A program made the translations under genes and the position numbers. Below, piece after piece: positions 38,700 through 50,712 of a DNA stretch of 64,000 bases; the stretch's first letter is position 1, and each line of letters begins with the position of its first letter. The notes below the pieces were generated by a model. That model was given only the letters and a program-made list of their open reading frames with translations. It was not told the DNA's origin and did not search any database. Origin of the DNA: Octopus sinensis (taxonomy: Eukaryota); NCBI RefSeq assembly GCF_006345805.1, contig NC_042999.1, positions 103,354,001-103,418,000 on the forward strand. Direction: 5' to 3'.

Positions 38700-39189
38700 T
38701 CCAGTGGAAATTAGCTGCCCAGTGTAATTAGCTGAAGATCAGTGTAAAAGAGAATACCTACGCTGAACTATTGAAAAATCTGCAGTTACTCTATCCAGAT
38801 TACAAGTTCACGCTTATATCTGTAATTATTGGGACTCTGGGATATGTAACACACTGCCTAAATACCAATCTTGAGAAATTAGGCTTCCCAAAACCAAAAA
38901 GGAGAATGCTAAGTCGAAGGCTACAGATCCAATTCATTACCGGAAGTGTAAAAAAATATAAAACTTACCAGAGGTATATCATTTAAGTATATATGAGCAT
39001 GTCTAGATATGCAAGTATATGCACGAGAAGACATACATAAAGCAAAACATACAAATCTGCACTTATACATACATACAGGCATACAAAGATACCCTGTTGA
39101 TGTTGAAATTCTAATGAAGCCTTGAATCTAGGTTAGAAACCGGCTCTTTCTCTATTGGCAAGAAAGCTTGAAATAAACAGAATAATGAC

Positions 39190-39190
<1 letters not shown>
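38700..39190 (+). mobile_element. RLE-type LINE 3' end, copy 2, with (CATA)n tail
   Basis: VEISCP...ENTYAELLKNLQLLYPDYKF..VIIGTLGYV...LQIQ.ITG; same 3' terminus as copy 1. Confidence 0.8.
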
Positions 39191-39220
<30 letters not shown>

Positions 39221-40507
39221 CATACACATATCAAATCTGGATAAGGTTGGATTTTCAGAAAAAGAATTCAACTATCTGACTCTCACATTACAAATATACT
39301 CTGTAAGTGGAATAGTAAAAGTATGCAAGACTTTTCTCAAGTTGAAAATGTGACGTTGTTTTTTGTTACCTACATTCCAACTATGAAGCATTGTATCTTC
39401 GGTGGAAACCAGTTCCTTTCTGACTCCTCCTTCTGTCGAAGAGTTATGCTCGAAACTTAATACACACTCATTTTTCCATCTTATACTGAGCATCAACCTG
39501 ATATAATCCATGCGTACGTCCTTTTGACTTTTGTTGTTTTATCTATATACATACATGCATACATATATACATACATATATATTTGTATATATATTAAGTT
39601 ATACATACACACGTAGATACACACAAACACACATATAAACGTACGGAAACACATGTACACACATGCTCATACATCCACACATACGTAACCGCATATGTCA
39701 ATCTACTTCTCAATTTCCATAAGTTTTAGTGAATGCATCTTGCGTTATACAAATACACCGTTATGTTTGAGTGAGAATATTTATCTACCAAGTATTCACT
39801 ACTTTGCAGCCTCATTCCAGTATTAAATCACAACTTGGTCACCTTCATAATGTATCAGCGAATATAGTTTCCTCTGCAATATTATTTTATCGACACAGAA
39901 GACAAATTTCTTAATTTAAACGAACAACTTCATGAAAGCGTGAGAAATAGTTTGTCTATATCAATTCTATAAATATATATATATATATTGTAACTTATAG
40001 CTAGCTTTTTTGCAAATATGTGTGCTTGCTGAAAAATATTTCTTCATAGGCATGAATACGTTCGTGTGTTGATTATTGAGTATGTGATGTGTCTGTGTGT
40101 CTGTAAATGACACATGTTTTCGTGTGTGTGTTTCATAAGTGTTTACGTGCACATGTTTCTGACTACAAGACATGTTACAGTTATTCTTAGGCTAAGGCAA
40201 TTTTTGTTCCAAACATTATTTTATGTGAATTTTTCGAAAGTAATTACTTCGGAAACCTTGGTGAAGTATCTTAATGGTTAAATCTTGTTTTCTTCCCTCT
40301 CCTGGCAGCAATTAAATGACTACGTATTGCTGGTCACATTTCTATGCTACTCAGTCACAAGATACATTTTACCAATGGAGCATAACTGACAATCAATCTG
40401 TAGAGCATATATATATATATATAATATATATATAATATATATATATAATTATATATTATATATATTATATATATATGTATATATATATATAATATATATA
40501 TATATTA

Positions 40508-40562
<55 letters not shown>

Positions 40563-40679
40563 ATGTATATATATGTATATATATATATGTATATATATGT
40601 ATATATATATATGTATATATATGTATATATATATGTATATATATATGTATATCTATATATATGTATATATATATATAAC

Positions 40680-40710
<31 letters not shown>

Positions 40711-41361
40711 CATACATATACATACATACACATACATACATACATATATATATATGTATACATATACATATGTATGTATATATATATATATGGTTTTTAT
40801 ATATGTTTATTTCATATATATGTGTGTGTGTGTTTGTGTGTATAGAAATACATGACATATGAACGTACCACAACTTATTCTGACAAATCCTGGAGGAATG
40901 ATTTTTATAAGCAATCAAATATACATAAGTTTTGGCTAATAATATTATTTCTAGTATTAAGACGGTAGGCTGACAGAATCGTTATCGCGCCGAGAAAAAT
41001 GCTTCCAATTTGATTTCAAATTCAGCTGAGGCTGATTTGTCTTTCATCCTTACCGGTCTCATTAGAATAAGAACCAGTAGAACACTGCGATCGATGTGAT
41101 CGACTTAAACCCCATCCCCTGAAATTGCTGGCCTTGTGCCAAAATTTGAAATCAAAATTACTTCTAATACTATATATCTTAAATAGTAGTAGCAGCAGCA
41201 ACAATAGCGGTAGTAGTAGTAGTAGGAGGAGGAGGTGGAGGAGCCCCAGCAGCAGTAAAACAAGAGCAGTAACAAACTCAAATTGATGCAACATTAAATG
41301 CTATTTCGTTTTTGGATTTGGTTTACAAGATTCTTTTATATGAGTTCGTGTGTTGAAGCAT

Positions 41362-41608
41362 ATTCTGTTGTGTCTTGGGAGAGTCATTTTCCTTTTGTGC
41401 CTTATAATGTAACACACTCTCCGGTAAAATTTCCACTTATTTCTTATTTTTCGTTGCGTTTTGAAACCTTTTCAATAGTCTTGAAAAGGTTACAAGACAA
41501 CGAAAGTTTTAGGAAAATAAAAATAAGAAATAAGTGGAAATTTTACCGGTGAGTGTGTTACATTATAAGGCACAAAAAGAAAATGACACTCCCCAGACAC
41601 AACAGAAT
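41362..41608. mobile_element. Palindromic fold-back element / MITE, 247 bp
   Basis: Outer ~89-bp arms differ at ~4 positions; inner arms aaccttttcaa/ttgaaaaggtt surround a 5-nt loop tagtc. Confidence 0.85.
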
Positions 41609-42021
41609 TAAATACTAGCTTTAATAAATAGTTCTACTAGATTCATTCTTACCTGGGAGAGACCCAGTTTGTACACGTATTATACTCCCTACATTTTTCG
41701 TAACTGTTTAAACAATCTGTTTCGCAATTTCTGAAAAAAACATCTGTAGTAAAAGATTAGCCTTAATCAAGCAGATGTATGAATGAAGGCAGACTATTGC
41801 AGCGTTTTTTAGTCAGAGTGTGTCCCACAACTATATATTTCTAGTGTGTAATATTTTGACTGAAGGCTGGAATATCTATGAAGGATGCGGTTACAAAAGT
41901 TAGTAACTGAGTAACTGAGTATCATTCATTGGCTCGTCATGTATACGGAATTATAACAGTTACGTATAAATAACGTTTCTTTTTCTATGTATACCTGGGC
42001 ATTTTTGTGTGAGGAATAAAG

Positions 42022-42467
42022 CAACAGTAAAATCGTCCCTTTCAGTGCAGCTACATTATGTTGGCAAATAGTCTTTGCTTTAAAGAACTATTACCGAATA
42101 TCTCTCGTTGGGGGATTTAGAAATACTAATATTTCTGACTGTGCGTCACTTTGATAACTATATGTTCGAACGGTGAATTCAGCAACGCCATCTGGCCAAA
42201 GCAGCTACTCTGTGTTGATAAAGAGCAATAACCCAGAAACTAGTCTACAGGTGTTGCTTTGCGCTAGATGGGAATGCTGAGCTCCGTGCTCGAAAATATA
42301 AGGACACAGATAGTTTGTCGTATAGCCAGCTAGAAATGATGGGACTAAATCAACAGTAACATCGTCCCTTTCGGGACATCCGCATTATGTTGGTAAATAG
42401 CCTTTACTTTAAAGAACTGTTACTGAATGTCTCTCGTTGAGAGATTTAGAAATAATAATATTTCTGT
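42022..42467 (+). repeat. Diverged ~115-bp direct repeat, period ~330 bp
   Basis: caacagtaa.atcgtccctttc...ctttaaagaact...tctctcgttg.g.gatttagaaata.taatatttctg at ~42022 and ~42352. Confidence 0.8.
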
Positions 42468-43536
42468 TCTATATTTAAGAGATGAGGAATTATGTGCGTT
42501 ATTTATATTATTTACATTCGACGGATGTTTGTCCTCATCTTGTTTGTTGTTAACACAACGTTTCGGCCGATATAACCTGCAGCCTTCATCAGGTGTCTTG
42601 GTGAAAGTTCGAATCTGGGTTCTCATTCCCTAGGTATTTTTCAATGTTATTATGGTTGTTGTTGTTGTGTGAATTTTAGGGCTTATAAATTTTCCTATCC
42701 TTCCTTAATACCGGTTCCCATATACTGCTCATATCTGCATTCGGTCTGCTTAGGAGGTTGTTGTGTCCTAGCATTTGTGCTGCTTCTTTTTGTTTGCGCA
42801 TTTTCCAGTGGTGTTCTCTGTCTATTATTTTAACTTCATCAGACAGGGGTAGGTGGTCTCCATTATTTCAACATGATCAGCTACACCCGATTGATCAATA
42901 TCTCCTCGTGTCACAGCTTTGCGATGTCCGTCTACCCTTATTTTGAGGGGGCGGCATGTTTCGCATTTGTATAAACTACCACAGCTGCATGGGATGGAGT
43001 ACACGCAGTCTTTGGTCATATTCTCTTCTATTGGTGGTTTTACTCGAAGGAGATATTTGCGAAGTGTTGTATTACTCTTGAATACTGTTCTGATGTCATA
43101 TGGGCCGCATATCTTTTGTATCTTTTCGGAGAGGCCTTTCAAATAGGGTAGACAGGCTGTGGACAGCTTATTGGCCTAATCCTCTCTCTTCTTCATAATT
43201 AGAGTGGATAGTATACTTTTGGGGCAGTTGTTGCTTAACAGATCGGTATTGACAGATATTAATATTAACAGATCATTTCTTCGTGGTGTGTACTTATATT
43301 CTTTGTACGATGTTTTAGGTACTGAGTAATCCTTCTCTTTACACTGTATGGATGGTGGGAATTGAAGTTGAGGCATCGTCCAGTAAAGGTCGGCTTGCGG
43401 TATACGGATGTCCTGAATCCATACATTGTGCATGTTATTAATGCGTCCAGGAATGCCAGCTGATTATCTTTTTTCTCTTTTTTTTGATGAGGACAAATAT
43501 CCGTCGAATGTAAATAATATGAATAATATTTCTGTT
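42454..43536 (-). mobile_element. 5'-truncated Penelope-like element with inverted terminal repeat and possible 15-bp TSD
   Basis: RT C-terminus FLDALI...TSVYRKPTFTG.CLNFNSHHP and GIY-YIG VYSIPCSCGSLYK.ET.RPL..R...HRKAV. A 41-bp inverted repeat (42499-42539 vs 43486-43526); aataatatttctgtt at 42454 and 43522. Confidence 0.88.
42552..42597 (-). ncRNA. Minimal type I hammerhead ribozyme in the Penelope terminal repeat
   Basis: gacac-CTGATGA-a-ggctg-caggttatat-cggcc-GAAAC-GTT-gtgtt. Canonical core, stems I and II pair, palindromic AACGTT stem III. Confidence 0.75.
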
Positions 43537-43539
43537 TAT

Positions 43540-43589
<50 letters not shown>

Positions 43590-43591
<2 letters not shown>

Positions 43592-43727
43592 CGCAAGTGA
43601 CTTCCGTAATAGCCTCGGGCAGACCAAAGCTTGTAGGGAGATTTGGTAGACGGAAATCGAAAATACCGTCGTGTATATATGTATATATATATATACATGT
43701 GTGTGTGTATAATATATATATATATAT

Positions 43728-43758
<31 letters not shown>

Positions 43759-43890
43759 GTTCGGTAAAAGAGACGGATATAATAAGTACAGGGCTTTAAA
43801 AATAACTGCCGTGGTCAATCTGTTCGACTAAAACCCCTCCAAGGCTGTGCCCCAACATGGCCACAGTCAGAGGACTGAAACTAGTAAAAT
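43590..43890 (+). mobile_element. SINE family A, 5'-truncated, with expanded internal microsatellite
   Basis: tagcctcgggcagaccaaagc...atttggtagacggaaa...ttcgactaaaa...catggccacagtc...ctgaaactagtaaaa. Confidence 0.75.
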
Positions 43891-44465
43891 AAAAATAAAG
43901 ATTTATATATATATATTATATATATACATATATATGTATAAATATATATATATATTATATATAATATATATATATATATATAATATATATATATACATAT
44001 GGGGGGGGGGTAAGCTGAAACAGAACAATTCAAACTTTTTGAGAGGTCCAAAAGAGAGAAGGAATGATTTCTAATAAAGATTCATCATATTCATAAAAAA
44101 CAGCCACACCATGTAATAAGAATATGAAAATTGTAGTTGAAAAATAACGTTGCAGGTATAAATATATCATAAACAATTATAGAAAAATGAAGGAGTAAAT
44201 GATGTTGCATCAAAATTGAATTAAACAAAATAGGATTCAATACATACGTGCGTTTCAAAGGACAATACAAACACGTAAGAAACATGATAATCATAGTAAT
44301 TATAATTATATTTATGTATTGTCATTCTCATTAATGTGAAGAATATTTGGAAGGACATCAAAAAGGTCTGATAAAATAAAGTAAAATAAGATACAATAAG
44401 GAGAATACAAAAGGGTAACAGGAAAAATCAGATATTTACAAGCAAGTGTAAACAATATTTATACA

Positions 44466-44526
<61 letters not shown>

Positions 44527-44530
<4 letters not shown>

Positions 44531-46795
44531 ACAATCAAGGAACGGCCATAATAGGCCATTCACCCACTAGAAATACAGCCAAAGCTTCAACCGCAATAAA
44601 AATCAATTCCGTAACAGGAGAAATTTTAAAAACATTTACCCTGTAATTTCTTATACGATGCACCGTTTCATCTGCTGTTTAATGGTAAACTAACCTGATT
44701 AAATTAAATCAAGCCAATCTTCCATAGGCCCTCAGATTCTTCAGTAAGAAATAGCCCAAGTCGGAACAGATATTTTCACGAGGCATTTCCGACCCTGCCA
44801 AGGTAATATCTGACCTAAAATTTTCAAATCATCGCACTCGCGCCAAATTTATCGGCAGCAAATAAATATAAGCCGTCGATTCCATTACGGAATTAACCAG
44901 AAATTCATAATTATCAATATAGGGTGGAAAAAAAAAATTTTGTAGAATTTTTTTGCCACCAGCGGCCTAGTGGGAAAAAATTAAATAGTCATAGACCATT
45001 TTTAAGTTCAACATCAACAATCAAGGAACGGCCATAATAGGCCATTCACCCACTAGAAATAACAGCCAAAGCTTCAACCTCAAATAAAAATCAATTCCGT
45101 AAACAGGAGAAAATTTAAAAAACATTTACCCTGTAATTTCTTATACGATGCACCGTTTCATCTGCTGTTTAATGGTAAACTAACCTGATTAAATTAAATC
45201 AAGCCAATCTTCCATAGGCCCTCAGATTCTTCAGTAAGAAATAGCCCAAGTCGGAACAGATATTTTCACGAGGCATTTCCGACCTGCCAAGGTAATATCT
45301 GACCTAAAATTTTCAAATCATCGCACTCGCGCCAAATTTATCGGCAGCAAATAAATATAAGCCGTCGATTCCATTACGGAATTAACCAGAAAATTCATAA
45401 TTAATCAATATAGGGTGGCAAAAAAAAAATTTTGTAGAATTTTTTTGCCACCAGCGGCCTAGTGGGAAAAAATTAAATAGTCATAGACCATTTTTAAGTT
45501 CAACATCAACATTCAAGGAACGGCCATAATAGGCCATTCACCCACTAGAAATAACAGCCAAAGCTTCAACCGCAAATAAAAATCAATTCCGTAAACAGGA
45601 GAAAATTTAAAAAACATTTACCCTGTAATTTCTTATACGATGCACCGTTTCATCTGCTGTTTAATGGTAAACTAACCTGATTAAATTAAATCAAGCCAAT
45701 CTTCCATAGGCCCTCAGATTCTTCAGTAAGAAATAGCCCAAGTCGGAACAGATATTTAATTTTTTCCCACTAGGCCGCTGGTGGCAAAAAAATTCTACAA
45801 AATTTTTTTTGCACCCTATATTGATTAATTATGAATTTTCTGGTTAATTCCGTAATGGAATCGACGGCTTTATTTTTTGCTGCCGATAAATTTGGCGCGA
45901 GTGCGATGATTTGAAAATTTTAGGTCAGATATTACCTGCAGGTCGAAATGCCTCGTGAAAATATCAGTTCCGACTTGGGCTATTTCTTACTGAAGAATCT
46001 GAGGGCCTATGGAAGATTGGCTTGATTTAATTAATCAGGTTAGTTTACCATTAAACAGCAGATGAAACGGTGCATCGTATAAGAAATTACAGGGTAAATT
46101 TTTTAAATTTTCTCCGTTTACGGAATTGATTTTTATTGCGGTTGAAGCTTTGGCTGTTATTTCTAGTGGGTGAATGGCCTATTATGGCCGTTCCTTGATT
46201 ATGATGTTGAACTTAAAAATGGTCTATGACTATTTAATTTTTTCCCACTAGGCCACTGGTGGCAAAAAAATTCTACAAAATTTTTTTGCCACCCTATATT
46301 GATTAATTATGAATTTTCTGGTTAATTCCGTAATGGAATCGACGGCTTATATTTATTTGCTGCCGATAAATTTGGTGCGAGTGCGATGATTTGAAAATTT
46401 TAGGTCAGATATTACCTTGGCAGGTCGGAAATGCCTCGTGAAAATATCTGTTCCGACTTGGGCTATTTCTTACTGAAGAATCTGAGGGCCTATGGAAGAT
46501 TGGCTTGATTAATTTAATCAGGTTAGTTTACCATTAAACAGCAGATGAAACGGTGCATAGTATAAGAAATTACAGGGTAAATGTTTTTAAATTTTCTCCT
46601 GTTTACGGAATTGATTTTTATTTGCGGTTGAAGCTTTGGCTGTTATTTCTAGTGGGTGAATGGCCTATTATGGCCGTTCCTTGATTGTTGATGTTGAACT
46701 TAAAAATGGTCTATGACTATTTAATTTTTTCCCACTAGGCCGCTGGTAGCAAAAAAATTCTACAAAATCTTTTTTGCCACCCTATATTGATTAAT
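44527..46795. repeat. Tandem array of a ~490-bp unit with central inversion: ~2.5 units forward, ~2.15 units reverse
   Basis: Forward unit starts at 44527, 45013 and 45505. Strand switch at TATTT 45753-45757. Reverse register points at 45753, 46231 and 46718. (TA)n on both flanks. Confidence 0.95.
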
Positions 46796-46959
46796 ATATA
46801 TATATATATATAGACAAAGAAACCGAACGAAAACAAACATGGAGGGTCGTTAGACCAGAACGAGGTGGGAAATAGTGAACGCTGGAAGAAATATTTTCTT
46901 TGAAAAGAGAAAAGATAGGAGTCCAGTCCTTCAAACGTTCGTGCAAGCAAAGAAATTTG

Positions 46960-47018
<59 letters not shown>

Positions 47019-47025
47019 GAAAAAT

Positions 47026-47239
47026 GAGGGAGCGCTGAAAAGTTCCTGGCTTTGAGGATATTGCAGAAGGCTTAGCTGGAGGTCCAGCTTTCCCATTTCT
47101 TTTACAAAGCTTAGAAAAACTGAAGAACCGCTGCAGTAAATGAGTAAATCTGAGAGGGGAATATGTTGAATAAAATCACCATTAACTGAACTGCTGTATT
47201 TTCTTTTACCCAAAGCCAGGAACTCTTCAGCACATCCTT
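47026..47239 (+). mobile_element. mariner-derived MITE
   Basis: ~28-bp TIRs (gagggagcgctgaaaagttcctggcttt / aaagccaggaactcttcagcacatcctt). The interior keeps the transposase tail SLEKLKNRCSK*VNLRGEYVE*. Confidence 0.85.
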
Positions 47240-47245
47240 GTGTGT

Positions 47246-47298
<53 letters not shown>

Positions 47299-47579
47299 GG
47301 GGGGAGAGAGTGAAAGAGAGAGAGTCAGACAGACAGAGACAGAGATTGACAGACAGCAGATACACAGACACTAAGGCAGACAGGTAGATAAATATGCCGA
47401 AAGACAGACAGATAGATATAGATGTAGACCCACCGTTCCAATGTTAGCGTTTATCAATCAAAAGTGAAGTGAGCACAAGATTCATGAGGTGAAATATCGT
47501 GTCAAAAATATCATATAGATACATAGCCACATAAATATACATGCAAACACAAGCACAGGTATAAATATTGGCGAGCAAG

Positions 47580-47610
<31 letters not shown>

Positions 47611-47983
47611 TGTGTGTGTGTGTGTGCGTGCGTGTCCTAGGGATAATAAAAGTAATTAAAATAAGTAATGTCTGATTTGTTTTCCTGCATATGAACTAAA
47701 AGTAGACCTACTGCTATTGTTTTGAAAGAATAATTCTATAAGTGTGTAGACACTACATAAATTTCTAAATATAGGTTAAAACAGGACTAAATTCGGTCAT
47801 AGATTCTACAGCTCTGGATTTGCGTCAATTAAACTAATGTTTAATGTGTTTATTTGTAAGTGTACTTAAATATTTCCACATTTTACCTACTCAATTGAAT
47901 TATGTATGTATGTATGTATATTATATATATGTATATGTATATATATGCGTATGGTATATATATATATATATATATATGTATAT

Positions 47984-48018
<35 letters not shown>

Positions 48019-48019
48019 G

Positions 48020-48085
<66 letters not shown>

Positions 48086-49417
48086 GCATGTATGTGAGTA
48101 GGTTGTATTTATGTATTCTTACAACAAATCCAAAATCAGTGTGTTAAAGAAAATGTTATATCATTAAAGAACAAGTAATTCTTATTTAACATAACTGTAT
48201 GTCGGTAATTTTTTCTGGGACGCATTAGTTGATATCACCGACACCAATACGTGACTGGTACTTATTTTATCGACCCCGAGGAAGTAAAATGCAAAGTTAA
48301 CTTCGACGGCAGTTGAACTCAAATCTAACAAAAAGAAAAAAACAAAGAAGCTAGAACAAGTACCACAAAGCATTTTTCTGCACTATTCTAACAAATCTGC
48401 CATTTCACTGCACTTAATAAAAGACATGCAAATATAACGGGTGTGTTTCTCAACGGAGGAAGATAGACATTGCCAAAATATACCACATTCACTCTAATGT
48501 GTATGTATATCTTGATTTGAGAACTTGAGTTGAGACAGTTGATCTTGTCTGTGTTGCCGCTTCTTGGCAGCTGTAGCAAAAAGCTTTTAGTAAGGCCTGC
48601 TACTAAACTCGCTAAGTAAGCCAAAAGTCATTTTCATGTTATGTATAAGTAACTCCTTCAAAATCATAGTTCAGGAACTCATAGGTTCAGATTGAATAAA
48701 ATTATGATTAAGTAGATTATCACACGTAATAAAACAGAGAAAACAGTATTGTACTAAACATATCCAATCATTTGCTGCCTCTCCCAGTCAGATGTCTCTC
48801 TGTCATCGTGTGTGTGTATATGCGTGTGCGTGTGTATGTGTGTGTGTGCGTGTGTGTTTATCGGGGTCAATAAAATAAATACCAGTCAGATATTAGTGTC
48901 GGTGATATCGACGAACCCATCCCAGAAAAATTACCGACATGCAGTTATGTTATATAAGAATTATTTGTTCTATAATAATATAACATTTTCTTTAACACAA
49001 TGATTTTGGCTTTGTTATGAGAATACACAAATGCTTATATATATATATATATAGATATATATACATATATATATAGATATATATACATATATATATACAT
49101 ATATATATACATATATATACATACATATACATATATATATATACATATATATACATACATATACATATATATATATACATATATATACATACATATACAT
49201 ATATATATATACATATATATACATACATATACATATATATATATACATATATATACATACATATACATATATATATATATATATACATACATATACATAT
49301 ATATATATACATACATATACATATATATATATACATATATATATACATATATATATACATATATATACATACATTATATATATATATATATATACATACA
49401 TATATATATATATATAT

Positions 49418-49663
49418 TCATAAATTCAAATCGGACCATGTTAACACAAAATTTTTTACATCAACAAGGTGCTTTTTTTTCTATGAAAATCTCTATTCTT
49501 TAGGATTTTTGACTGCTGTGTCACCATTTTTCGGTGTATTTCAACTGGAAAAATGTTCATTTGAAGAGAATAACAAGTTACATAAGGCAAAATTTTTAGT
49601 TTTCAAAAATTCCAATTCTAAAGCGTCGAAACAAACCCAAGCAACACCGGGTGATACTGCTAG
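49418..49663 (+). mobile_element. Non-autonomous Helitron-like 3' end
   Basis: acccaagcaacaccgggt (decayed hairpin) then gatactg and CTAG at 49660-49663; the next bases are TCTATTATAAAA. The 5' boundary is uncertain. Confidence 0.55.
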
Positions 49664-49718
49664 TCTATTATAAAATAAAACTCGTAAACCCAGGGTCTTG
49701 TAAAACGGGTCCATGTAA

Positions 49719-50100
49719 AGTGACGTATTACTCTATCTACATAGATCAAAACGTATCACATCCATTTTTCAATCATCTCATATTTACGACCACACATGTC
49801 CCTTCCTTGTCAAATAAAAAATGCAACTTTAAAAGCTGTTGGTTACATATTTTGTGTCCGTCAATGTTCTCTTGCGAGTCTTTGGTGAATCTGAGACTAT
49901 GAGAGAATAAGTGACGTATTACTCTATCTACATAGATCAAAACGTATCACACCCATTTTTCAATCATCTCATATTTACGACCACACATGTCCCTTCCTTG
50001 TCAAATAAAAAATGCAACTTTAAAAGCTGTTGGTTACATATTTTGTGTCCGTCAATGTTCTCTTGCGAGTCTTTGGTGAATCTGAGACTATGAGAGAATA
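49719..50100 (+). repeat. 191-bp tandem duplication
   Basis: 49719-49909 and 49910-50100 are identical except for one T/C substitution seen by eye. Confidence 0.95.
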
Positions 50101-50712
50101 CGTATTCTAAAGAGGATTCAGCATCGATATCAAACTTCGACTACGTACATTTAATTATATAGCTATGCATACTCTGAAAAAATATATATGGTGATACCTA
50201 CATAAGATCAAAATGTTCCAGACACATATTACATCTATTTCTCAGGAATCTCGTATTAAGGTCTACACGTGTCTCTTTCTTTTCAAGATGGAAAGCGTAT
50301 CTTGAAAAGTCTTTGGCTGCTCTTTCTAGCAGATACGGAGACCACGTATTTGATATCGTTTACGAATTAGAGTAGCTTGTCTTGTAAGCAGGCTACGTGT
50401 TTATGGCTTTGTCATAGGAGGAAGGACAACACCACACCGTCGCTGTTGAAGGAAAGATAGAAAATTGGCCTGTGCTCCATCTGTAGAGCTGGGGTCCAAA
50501 TGTCTCCAGGAGTGACTGTTTTCAGCGTTTAACTAAATCAAACATCCTGGGAAGAGTATGGTTCTGTTGATGGGCTTTTTCATAGTTTCCGTACATCAAA
50601 TACCATATACTTTTCAACAATCCGAGCCTATGATAGAAGACGTCTGCCTAAGAGGCCACGCTGTGGCATCGCCCCGGAAACTAAGTAGTCTGCACTGCTT
50701 AAAATGAGTCAT

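Noticed and set aside
44527-46795. Array as CRISPR, rDNA/5S, snRNA or tRNA cluster
   Set aside because: There are no variable spacers and the unit is ~490 bp. No rRNA, snRNA or tRNA sequence is recognisable; the Sm-like AATTTTTTTG is part of a hairpin arm.
48494-48570. Possible terminal exon AAKKRQHRQDQLSQLKFSNQDIHTH* after a good acceptor (minus strand)
   Set aside because: Only 25 codons, with no homology or partner exon; expected by chance in 64 kb.
50279-50309. 11-bp-stem hairpin cttttcaagat/atcttgaaaag as a terminator
   Set aside because: Eukaryotic non-coding context and an AT-rich stem; no function can be supported.
50705-50712. AP-1 site TGAGTCA duplicated at the MITE flanks
   Set aside because: It is simply the target-site duplication, with no evidence of a nearby promoter.
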